Shown piece after piece: positions 9,896-18,473 of a DNA stretch of 64,000 nucleotides; the stretch's first letter is position 1; the number at the start of each line of letters is the position of its first letter. The translations under genes were made by a program, and so were the position numbers. The stretch comes from Cyanobacteriota bacterium (GTDB lineage: Bacteria; Cyanobacteriota; Vampirovibrionia; JBFMGH01): contig JBFMGH010000608.1 of NCBI GenBank assembly GCA_040752795.1, forward strand, positions 110,325-174,324, read 5' to 3'. The notes beneath the pieces are model-generated. The model did not search any database, had not been told where the DNA came from, and saw only the letters and a program-made list of their open reading frames with translations.

Positions 9896-10140
9896 GTATT
9901 AAGAAATATTAATTTTTCCCGATATCTATTATGTAATCCAAAACACACGCATCCTCCTCCCAACCCAACCAAACCAAACCAACGTACATTGTCCTCCTCC
10001 TAATCATCGTCCTCCTAACACACACTTAGTATGTCGAAGATATTTTACTACCGAACCTGAATGGATCGGTTTTTTTTTGCTTTAATAAACAGGCAGTTAA
10101 TTAAACTTCAAGGACTGTTTTTCTAGTTGTGTATTTAACT

Positions 10141-10773
10141 TTAGCTTTTTGGTGTTTTGTAAGCATCCACGGCTGAATACAAACTAATTACTCCAGTTGC
10201 AAAAAATGCTTTTCTGGCGGCAATTATGTTACCTGTTAATGCAAACTTTGCTGCTATTAAAGCTGTTGCCATGGATCCTGTAAATAAACCAAGACCTTTT
10301 AAAACCTGGCCGTTAAGCATTTGACCGATACCGGGTAGTATATATGAAGCAATAGATTCTCCAGTGTTTCTTGGATTCTTGGAATCTTTGTCGTTATATT
10401 TGAAAGCATTAATTACTGAATATAAAGTGAGCCCGATGAAACCAGCTAGAGCTGTAAACCCTGCTAAACTTTTTGATTTTAGAGCTAGTTTCTCAGTTTT
10501 TAATAATATTTTAGGATCTGCTTTATCTAGAATAGAGCTAATATGGCAGGATTTTAATAATTTATTTGCCATATATTCAAGCCCGAGAGCACTGGCAAAT
10601 ATTTTTATGCCTTTTGAGCTTTCACCATTTAACATTTGGCCGCTCCCCGGAATAAATAATGATGATATTGCAGGGTAATAATTTTTCTTCTCTGTTTTAT
10701 TTTGCCCTGAAAAAGACAAGTTCCTTTTTTTTGTGAATGTTGCAGGAGGAAGAGTATGAATAGATTCAATCAT
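10141..10773 (-). CDS. Predicted membrane protein with an internally duplicated PGxGQMLNG...KG(L/I) motif
   Basis: Two copies of (I/L)PG(S/I)GQMLNG(E/Q)..KG(I/L). followed by hydrophobic stretches. No family assigned. Confidence 0.5.
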   Translation of the reverse strand: MIESIHTLPPATFTKKRNLSFSGQNKTEKKNYYPAISSLFIPGSGQMLNGESSKGIKIFASALGLEYMANKLLKSCHISSILDKADPKILLKTEKLALKSKSLAGFTALAGFIGLTLYSVINAFKYNDKDSKNPRNTGESIASYILPGIGQMLNGQVLKGLGLFTGSMATALIAAKFALTGNIIAARKAFFATGVISLYSAVDAYKTPKS

Positions 10774-10880
10774 GAGAGCCTTATTCCTTTCATCATAAGT
10801 CTGAGATATTGCTTATATAAAGCTTATCAATATTTATAAATGTTAGTAATAATTACCTAAACTTTTACAAAAATTACCTA

Positions 10881-10915
10881 TACTGATCCTTGAAAGTAAT
10901 TTATAGATTCTAGAT
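10881..10915. repeat. Copy 1 of a 35-bp intergenic motif (tactgATCCTTGAAAGTAATtTATAGATTCTAGAT)
   Basis: Matches 43846-43880 at 33 of 35 positions. Contains the palindromes ATCTATAGAT and TCTAGA. Confidence 0.6.
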
Positions 10916-11196
10916 CTATTGTGCTCTGTAAGAATCGATTCATTATTTATGTGGAATAGATTCTATTGAACTGAATTTTGTTGAGGCTTCTTTAAACAAT
11001 TTTCATTTTTGTCTGTAGAGTCATTTTTATATATATACATGTAAATCATGTCATGAGGCCTCAATAGATCTCATTGGATAATTAATTCTGGTGAAAAAAA
11101 ATCCTTTTTTGTAGTATTTTAGCAATATAGAGTTTTAAAAAATTTGTTTTTAAATTAAGGGTTTTGTTTATTTGATAGAGTTGAGAGGTTAAAAAC

Positions 11197-12036
11197 ATGT
11201 ATAAGATAGCCAGTGCAAAGAATTTAACAGGCGACCTTTATGAATTTAAGATAGAAGCTCCTCATATTACAAGACATGGTAAGCCGGGTCAATTTATAAT
11301 ACTAAGAGTTGATGCAAAAGGCGAAAGAATACCATTGACTATTGCGGACATAGATAAGAAAAACGGCCTTTTAACTATTGTTTTTATGGCAGTTGGCTTT
11401 ACAACTAAAAAACTTGCTGCTCTGAAAACAGGTGAATCAATACAGGATATCGTTGGCCCATTAGGTGTTGCTACTGAAACAACAGAAAACTTTGGAACAG
11501 TTGCTGTTGTGGCAGGCGGGTACGGAGCGGCCCCGGCATATTTAATTGCTCAATCATATAAAGAAAATGGTAATAAAGTTTATATGATATTTGGTGCAAG
11601 AAATGAAGAACTGCTTTTCTGGCAGGATAAAATGAAAAATGCCTGTGATGAACTCTATATAACTACTGATGATGGCTCTTTTGGTATTAAGGGGCTTGTT
11701 ACTGATCCATTAAAGATGATTATTGAAAGAGAAAAAGTAGATCACGTAATGTGCATTGGCCCTATTCCTATGATGAGAGCTGTGGCCAGGCTTACTAAAG
11801 AGTATGATATTTATACTATTGCCAGTATGAACCCATTAATGGTTGATGGTACTGGCATGTGTGGCGGATGCAGGGTTAGTGTTGATGGTGAAATCAAGTT
11901 TGCCTGTGTTGATGGGCCTGATTTTGATGCCCATAAGGTTGACTTTGATGAGCTTATTAATAGAAACAAAGTTTATGATCACTATACCTGTAAGCTGGAA
12001 TCAAAGGTTAATGAACTGGAAGCTCAAAAGTTTTAA
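11197..12036 (+). CDS. PyrK/NfnA/SudB-family FAD/NAD(P)-binding oxidoreductase subunit with a C-terminal 2Fe-2S cluster motif
   Basis: RHGKPGQFIILRV, a GG.GAAP dinucleotide-binding motif, and C-terminal MCGGCRVSVDGEIKFACVDGPDF. Confidence 0.7.
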   Translation: MYKIASAKNLTGDLYEFKIEAPHITRHGKPGQFIILRVDAKGERIPLTIADIDKKNGLLTIVFMAVGFTTKKLAALKTGESIQDIVGPLGVATETTENFGTVAVVAGGYGAAPAYLIAQSYKENGNKVYMIFGARNEELLFWQDKMKNACDELYITTDDGSFGIKGLVTDPLKMIIEREKVDHVMCIGPIPMMRAVARLTKEYDIYTIASMNPLMVDGTGMCGGCRVSVDGEIKFACVDGPDFDAHKVDFDELINRNKVYDHYTCKLESKVNELEAQKF

Positions 12037-13208
12037 AATGTTAGTGTAATCTTGTCAGAGTTTTTTCTTGCAAATTGAAGATTATTAAGTAACATTTTTT
12101 CCAGTTCTTCAAATAATATAACTTCATCAAATAATTGATAATGTTTAGCAAAGCATTTCAAAGGGTAAATAAGAGCATTTTCTGCATCGGGAATACCCTC
12201 AGGAATGCTTTTAGCTTTAATCATATTCTTGAAACATTGCAAGCTACTACTTATGTGCTCACTATCATGTTTTAAAATCTGTTCTTTGCGTGGATACCAT
12301 ACTTTTTCAAAGGTGTCAGATTCTGTGAACCCACCGGCTTTCTGGCCTATTTTAAATATTGCTTTTTGTATGTCTTTTACAAAAGCAGCTTGAATAACGT
12401 CAGATGGGTCAAGAGCTTCTTTTATAGTCATTGCCTTTAGTAGTGCATTTTGACGGTCCAGTGCAAAAATCATCGCAATACTATTTGTTGCTATATTAAC
12501 CATTGCTTTCTCGAATTCAACCCTGTGAGGGTTGGTGTGTATTGAAAAAACGTAGTTCTTAGATGTTAGTAGTTCAACAGCCTGGCCAAATAAAGAGAAT
12601 TTTGGTAGAGCCAGTTTTATTAACCCTTTTTTATGCGGGTAATAAAGGTTGTTTTCTCTATAGGCACCCTGCATAATGCTCGCTCTGACTACTTTGCTGC
12701 AAATATTATTTATTATTTGCTCTGATAAATCTAACTCAACAAGATTCTTGTTAAGATTATAGATTATTTCATCGTATATTATACCGTTAGATGCCAGAAT
12801 AATTGCAGGAAAATAAAACCTGCTCAAATTAGTATATCCTATAAGCAGCTTTTTAGAGTTTAAATATGACACAAGATTTGTTAACTCATTTACCATATCA
12901 TTAATAAAGCAATATGGTGGAGTGCATAATATTGCAGAAGGTAGGATCTTTTTATGAGCTGCATCTAAAATGCCATTTACAAAACAATCTGCAATACCTA
13001 TTTCTTTTGTATTTCCATCTATTTTAATATTTAATGTAGGGTTTTTAGAGAAAATACCCGCTGTAACACCGTCTTTTCTGCAAATCAGAAGATCAACAGT
13101 GCAATGATAATAAAATGAAACCCCAAGTGATGTTACAGGGTAGATTCCTATAGTTGGCTGTATTATATCTTTAACGCCTGAAACGTTTGTTTGAGGTTTA
13201 GTTTCCAT
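12033..13208 (-). CDS. Hypothetical protein, 391 aa
   Basis: Long clean ORF overlapping the upstream methyltransferase gene by 11 nt (operon). No confident domain. Confidence 0.5.
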   Translation of the reverse strand: METKPQTNVSGVKDIIQPTIGIYPVTSLGVSFYYHCTVDLLICRKDGVTAGIFSKNPTLNIKIDGNTKEIGIADCFVNGILDAAHKKILPSAILCTPPYCFINDMVNELTNLVSYLNSKKLLIGYTNLSRFYFPAIILASNGIIYDEIIYNLNKNLVELDLSEQIINNICSKVVRASIMQGAYRENNLYYPHKKGLIKLALPKFSLFGQAVELLTSKNYVFSIHTNPHRVEFEKAMVNIATNSIAMIFALDRQNALLKAMTIKEALDPSDVIQAAFVKDIQKAIFKIGQKAGGFTESDTFEKVWYPRKEQILKHDSEHISSSLQCFKNMIKAKSIPEGIPDAENALIYPLKCFAKHYQLFDEVILFEELEKMLLNNLQFARKNSDKITLTF

Positions 13209-13905
13209 ATGATCCTATGATAAGCAGGGCGCCAATATGTTCTTTAAAGAAAATTAGTTCTTCTACAGTGTTGTAACCCCACTTTGGTTCAAATGTATTT
13301 TTGTCTACAGGCCTGGGGTCAAAGATTCTTTTTGTTTTAATATGGCTAAAACCTGCTTCAATGAATAGTTCTTTATATTCTGATTCAGATAAATAATGCA
13401 TTTTTAGGGGTATATAATCAGCCCATACCGCGCTATTTGTGTGTTCTTTGTAGAAATAAGTTATACAATAAAATTTCCCATAGGGTTTTAGAACACGTTT
13501 GACTTCCTTTAGAGCATTTAGCAGGTTTTCAGCATAATAAATAGACTCAACAGAAGTTATAATATCAAAAAAATCATTATCAAATGACAGGTTTGAAAAA
13601 TTGCCAGTTTTAAAATGAACATTATTAAACTCTTTGCTAAGTGTTTTAGCCCTGTTAAGCATTTTTTCAGATATATCAATGCCATAAGCATTACCATCAG
13701 GGGTAATGTGTTCAGCCATGATACGAACAGTGTAGCCATTACCACAACCAATATCAAGTGTGTTAATACCAGGAGTTAATTGCATTTCTTTTAAGGCTGC
13801 TTCAACAGCTATAATATGTTCATTTTGCATTGAATCAGCCCTGCCCAAGTCATGCCAGTTGTCAAATTCTTTTGATACAATTAATTGATGTTCTTTATTG
13901 ATCAT
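13198..13905 (-). CDS. Class I SAM-dependent methyltransferase
   Basis: Motif I LDIGCGNGYTV. Post I and motif II fit the MTase_11/25 family. Confidence 0.75.
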   Translation of the reverse strand: MINKEHQLIVSKEFDNWHDLGRADSMQNEHIIAVEAALKEMQLTPGINTLDIGCGNGYTVRIMAEHITPDGNAYGIDISEKMLNRAKTLSKEFNNVHFKTGNFSNLSFDNDFFDIITSVESIYYAENLLNALKEVKRVLKPYGKFYCITYFYKEHTNSAVWADYIPLKMHYLSESEYKELFIEAGFSHIKTKRIFDPRPVDKNTFEPKWGYNTVEELIFFKEHIGALLIIGSYGN

Positions 13906-13906
13906 T

Positions 13907-14890
13907 TTAGTTCTTTCTTTGTTTTAAAAGTTCAATTTCTTGTTTGATTTTTTCTCTATCAGAAGCCTCCGGAAATGTTTTTAAGTAGCTTTTCAATACT
14001 AAAATAACATTTACGTAATTGTTAGTTTTCTTTAGTGTGTTTGCGAGAGCTTTATAGCTATCAGGGTTTTTGGTATTATAACTAATAGAGCCATTAAAAG
14101 CATTTATGGCTTCTGGATAATTGTTTAAAGCTTGATAAGTAAGACCTGTATTGAATAAAATTTCCGATTTTAGCTTATTTTCAGTATTCTGTTTCAGTGC
14201 CATGTTAAGATTATCTAATGCTGAACTATAGTTTTGAGACAGAAAATAGGCAAATCCTAGCCGGTTAAGAGTAATGGCAGAGTTTGGATTAATAGATTTT
14301 GATTTTTCCAGAGCGTTAATAGCTTCAGGATAATTTTGTTGTTTTATATAAGCCAGGCCAAGATTGTTATAAGCACTAAAAAAATTGGGATCAATGTTAA
14401 GAGCGATATTTAAATGTTCAAAAGCTTCAGGAAATCGGGCTGCTTTGATGTATGTATGGCCAAGATTATTATGTACCAGTGCACTGTTTGATTTAAATGA
14501 GATAGCTTTTTTGTATGTTTCTATAGCTCGGTCATATTCTCCTATTTCGTCATATGCACCGGCCAGGTTGTTATAGGCAGTAGGATAGTTTGAATTTAAT
14601 TCTATAGCTTTTTTATATTCTTCAATTGCCAGTTGAAACCTTTTCTGAGCATAGTAGGTAAACCCAAGTTCATTATGATAAAGAGCGTTTGCAGGGTCTA
14701 ATTTTACTGCTTCTTTAAATTTTTCTTCAGCATCAGAAAGATTACCAGATTCAAGTGATTTTGAACCAAAAGTATAGAGCCCAAATGCCTCTTTATTGCT
14801 TGTATCTGGGTTGTCATAGTTGCAATAAGCGGGTCTAATACCAGATGTAATTAATATTATTGAGATAATAAAAATAAAAAAATTTTTCAT
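13907..14890 (-). CDS. Tetratricopeptide-repeat (TPR) protein with an N-terminal signal or lipoprotein-like peptide
   Basis: Multiple 34-aa TPR units (A..YNNLG.AY...Y.EAI..YKKA...P). N-terminal hydrophobic segment. Confidence 0.75.
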   Translation of the reverse strand: MKNFFIFIISIILITSGIRPAYCNYDNPDTSNKEAFGLYTFGSKSLESGNLSDAEEKFKEAVKLDPANALYHNELGFTYYAQKRFQLAIEEYKKAIELNSNYPTAYNNLAGAYDEIGEYDRAIETYKKAISFKSNSALVHNNLGHTYIKAARFPEAFEHLNIALNIDPNFFSAYNNLGLAYIKQQNYPEAINALEKSKSINPNSAITLNRLGFAYFLSQNYSSALDNLNMALKQNTENKLKSEILFNTGLTYQALNNYPEAINAFNGSISYNTKNPDSYKALANTLKKTNNYVNVILVLKSYLKTFPEASDREKIKQEIELLKQRKN

Positions 14891-15060
14891 TGTATTTATA
14901 TTGTTTTACGTATTAAATTCTACATTAGTAAGTTTAAAACAAATTATATTAACTAAACAAAACAAAAAAAGATATCAGGTAATTTTTGTGTTCTATAATA
15001 AGAACTGAAATTCTTTTTTTAAAAAAAATTTGTAATTCAAGCATATATAGGTTTTTTATA

Positions 15061-16701
15061 GTGAAAATAGTTATATTATGTGCTGGTAGAGGTTCAAGGC
15101 TTGGGGATATGACAGATTATATACCTAAATCAATGATAACTATCAATAGAAAACCTATTATATCTTTTATACTAGATCACATTTATACAGGGTGCTCTTT
15201 TAAATGCAGAGTAGAAGTTGGTGTTGCAGTTGGATATAGAGCTGAGATACTTCAGAACTATATAGAAGGTTTTTATCCTGATAAAGATATAAAGTGTATA
15301 AAGGTAGACAAGTATCAGGGGAGTGGTGCAGGGCCTGGGTATTCTTTATTGCAAATGAAAAAATTTGTTGCAGGTGAACCGTTTATACTTATTTTGGGTG
15401 ATACATTATGTTTTGATGATCTGGCTACAATCGTGCAAGAGGAGAATGTTGTAGGAGTTTATGGGGTAGATAACCCGGCAAGATTTACAACCTGTGAGAT
15501 TGATAATGATTATCATATTCAAAAGTTCTATGATAAGGAAGTGAATGCCCCATCAAATCTGGCTATAATTGGTGTATATTATATAAAAGAATCAGAATTG
15601 TATTTTGAGGGCCTTGAAAAAACTAAAGAACTTCTCATACAGAATGAGTTACAGATAAGTAACGGGTTGAATTATCTATTAGAAAAAGGTAAGCAAATAA
15701 GAGCATTAGTTTGTGATTGGTATGATGCAGGAATTGAAGAAACCCTTCAGTCAACCAGGTTTTGTCTGGGAGACCATGATACAGTTTTCAAGAATAATAC
15801 ATTAACTATTATTCAGGATGAAAAAGTAAGAAAGTTCGGGTTTGATGAGTCGTTTGATGAACTAATAAAATATTATAAAGAAATACAGAATCTGCCAGCT
15901 AGAGAACTCTACGATGAGGTTCTTTGTGTTTCTGAAGAGCATCCTAAATATTTTGATTTTAAATATAATAAAAACCAGAAACTGGCGGCTATATTTTTAA
16001 ATAAGCAAGTAGGTATAGAAAAAGCTTATAACATGATTAGGAATGTTATAGTAAAACTTAAAGAATGCATGTATACACCTGTAAAAAATATTGCTAATTC
16101 AGAAGATGTTTTATATGAATATAAAACAAGTATTCTTGAATTGTTAAAGGCTGATAGTGTGATAAAAGAGTATATTGAGCAGGAGAGGGTAATAATCAAT
16201 GGAATCGAACAGGAAAACCCTGTAAGGCTTTTAAAATCTATGGATACAGGGTGTTTAGCACCTGATTTTTATGTGCCTATTCATGGCAAGCTTTATCTTG
16301 GAAACATACTTTATAACGTTGATACAGAAGACTTTAAGCTTATTTATCCTGATATGAGATTTGGAAAGACATTTATATATGGAGATTATGCCTGTGATTT
16401 AGCAATGCTAAAGCAGTGTTTTAACGGTAAATATAATATGATCAAAGCAGATAAATTTGATTTAAAAATAAATTCAGCTAGTAGTTTTGAATATAAATTA
16501 TTTAATAATGAGCTTTTAGAAGAAATTAATAATAGATTTGAAAGCCTTGTGAGGGAAGTTTTTGGAGATGATTCTTTGATAAATAAGATAAATTTATTAG
16601 AAGGAATATTGTTTCTTAAAAATATTAGTCAGGTAAGTAAAAAAGAGCAGAAAATAGGTTTTTTATTAACAGCTACCAATATAATTAATAAATATGTTTA
16701 G
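15061..16701 (+). CDS. Fusion protein: N-terminal sugar-phosphate nucleotidyltransferase domain plus a C-terminal kinase-like (APH/choline-kinase fold) domain
   Basis: N-terminus KIVILCAGRGSRLG is the NTP-transferase G-loop. C-terminus has IHGKLYLGNILY (Brenner-like motif with K in place of the catalytic D) and DMRFGK....GDYACDLA (D.E....G....DLA). I chose the GTG at 15061 over the upstream ATG at 14986, which lies in AT-rich promoter-like sequence. Confidence 0.6.
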   Translation: MKIVILCAGRGSRLGDMTDYIPKSMITINRKPIISFILDHIYTGCSFKCRVEVGVAVGYRAEILQNYIEGFYPDKDIKCIKVDKYQGSGAGPGYSLLQMKKFVAGEPFILILGDTLCFDDLATIVQEENVVGVYGVDNPARFTTCEIDNDYHIQKFYDKEVNAPSNLAIIGVYYIKESELYFEGLEKTKELLIQNELQISNGLNYLLEKGKQIRALVCDWYDAGIEETLQSTRFCLGDHDTVFKNNTLTIIQDEKVRKFGFDESFDELIKYYKEIQNLPARELYDEVLCVSEEHPKYFDFKYNKNQKLAAIFLNKQVGIEKAYNMIRNVIVKLKECMYTPVKNIANSEDVLYEYKTSILELLKADSVIKEYIEQERVIINGIEQENPVRLLKSMDTGCLAPDFYVPIHGKLYLGNILYNVDTEDFKLIYPDMRFGKTFIYGDYACDLAMLKQCFNGKYNMIKADKFDLKINSASSFEYKLFNNELLEEINNRFESLVREVFGDDSLINKINLLEGILFLKNISQVSKKEQKIGFLLTATNIINKYV

Positions 16702-16806
16702 ATTAAATATTTATCAAAAATTAAGTATAAATAATTAACACTGGGCTTTACAAAGAAAATGAGCGTTGCTATAATTCTTATAGACAAAAAATAGTATTAA
16801 AATTGT

Positions 16807-16878
16807 TCCTCAGTAGCTCAATGGTAGAGCATGCGGCTGTTAACCGCAGGGTTGTAAGTTCGAATCTTACCTGAGGAG
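16807..16878 (+). tRNA. tRNA-Asn (anticodon GUU)
   Basis: Cloverleaf folded by hand: acceptor UCCUCAG/CUGAGGA, D-arm GCUC..AGAGC, anticodon stem UGCGG/CCGCA with loop CUGUUAA, T-arm GUAAG-UUCGAAU-CUUAC, discriminator G. CCA is not encoded. A T-run follows. Confidence 0.85.
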
Positions 16879-17667
16879 CTTTTTAATTGACAGGCTGTAA
16901 ACACTTGTTATAAAGACTTTTAAGGCACTTGGGTTATTATATAAAAATATGTATGAATTCAGGTGTGTATAAAAATAACAGCTTTTTTTAACATTAACGT
17001 AAGATTTTAATAGAGAAAAAATAAGTTGATTTATAAATAATAATTTGGGTTTTCTTGTTCGAATTGTTCCATTCTATTTTCATTCAAAATGATTGCTAAA
17101 AGTGAATAGAAATAACTCCGATGGTTATATTACTCACTATAAAATGAACAATCAAAATGAACATCTAATAAAGCAAAAGAAAACAATTTTTTTACTGATT
17201 CAATAAAGGTAATAAATATTCGAACAATTTTTCTGTTTAAAAGTATAGTAAGCTGTAAAGAAAAAAAAATTTTTCGATATTTTCCATAGGGCTTAGATCG
17301 TTAATTTACATATAATTAGAAAAAAGTATTTTTCTGGAGCCAAGAATTTATAACTAAATCAGGTAAAATATAAATTTAAAAAATTTACATATTGTTGCAT
17401 TTGGCCAAAAGGAGTTTCTCGTAAGTATTATGCTTAAATTGATCCGAATGCTAGTGATGTAGCATCTTCACTATTCTTAACTTTTAAGCAAAATAGGTTC
17501 CGTGAAATGTAGACGTGTAAACAATGTTAGCTTGCTAGTAGGTTAAAAAAAACCAAATCTTTTTTTTGGTGTAACAGTTGTTGTTAAAGTAGATCAGTGG
17601 CCCACCCGCCCGCCCAAAGCTTTGCCAGTTAGAAAAACAATGAAAAAAATCTGTTAACATAAAATAA

Positions 17668-17695
17668 AAGAGGAACACCTTGGCATGGTTCCTCT
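17668..17695 (-). terminator. Rho-independent terminator of the 17732-18148 gene
   Basis: 8-bp stem AGAGGAAC/GTTCCTCT with an 11-nt loop. On the minus strand it is followed by UUUUAUUUUAU. Confidence 0.55.
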
Positions 17696-17731
17696 CAAAC
17701 TTTGGATTTTTGGTTAAAGAATTATCTCCCT

Positions 17732-18148
17732 TTACCGGAGCTCTTCTAATAGTAATTGAGCTTTTTTCATAAGTTCTGGTTTATCCAGATCGGGTTTGAG
17801 TTCCAGATATTTATCCAGAGCTTTTAAGGGAGATTTGTAGAACGTAGCATTTAGCTCAGGGAGGTTAGTTCTTGACGGATTTTGAACTACAACCGGAGTT
17901 ATGCTACAAAAGGAGGTTCTAGTAAGTTTTTCCTTAAGTTTTCCTACGTTTATAGAATGAACCTGTTCGGGAGAGACAGAGTATATTATTTTTATGACAC
18001 AGTCTTCTATTTCGTGGTTTTCAATAGTAGAAATAATTTTTTGTTGTGGGTCAGAGTCATTAACAGCATCAATAACGATAGTTTTAAACTTGCTAGGTTT
18101 AAATAGTACAGTATTTCCTTTGAATCGATCTTTATGAAAGCTTGCCAC
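17732..18148 (-). CDS. Hypothetical protein, 138 aa
   Basis: ORF with a downstream terminator. No recognisable domain. Confidence 0.45.
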   Translation of the reverse strand: MASFHKDRFKGNTVLFKPSKFKTIVIDAVNDSDPQQKIISTIENHEIEDCVIKIIYSVSPEQVHSINVGKLKEKLTRTSFCSITPVVVQNPSRTNLPELNATFYKSPLKALDKYLELKPDLDKPELMKKAQLLLEELR

Positions 18149-18473
18149 GTTAAGTCCTTTAACCCAAAAATATGTCTAAACCCACACCAAGTGTGGTGGC
18201 AGAAAATCTAGCCACTATTAATGTGTTTGTTGTATAAATACCTTTAGTGTCGTCCTGTGTAATACATGATTAAAAAAAACCGCTTAACTGTCAAGTTTTG
18301 ACCTTCAAATATTTTTTTAAAAAATCTTCATTAAGTCTAAATTTTCTTTCGTGATCTAGGTATATGTTGAGTATTATTCATAAAAAAATTTACATTTTAA
18401 CCTTAATATTTCTTGAATTAATTTTTTAATAGTATTTAAGGTTTAAGCGTAAAAAGTTTATTTGAGATAGATT

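Noticed and set aside
9950-9990. Telomere-like CCCAACCCAACCAAACC repeat as evidence of a linear replicon end
   Set aside because: Only ~35 nt, internal to the contig, and flanked by ordinary genes. More likely a regulatory or low-complexity element (see the hpf-leader finding).
14986-15060. Upstream ATG start proposed by the ORF track for the nucleotidyltransferase/kinase-like gene
   Set aside because: The first 25 codons run through AT-rich promoter-like sequence and encode an implausible leader. The conserved NTP-transferase G-loop begins right after the GTG at 15061. The exact start remains uncertain.
16880-17731. tmRNA, RNase P RNA or SRP RNA in the long non-coding regions
   Set aside because: I looked for the tRNA-like tmRNA 3' end, the GNRA/AGGAAAGUCCGGGCUCC RNase P core and the SRP domain-IV motif (GGAAGCAGCC). 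None was found.
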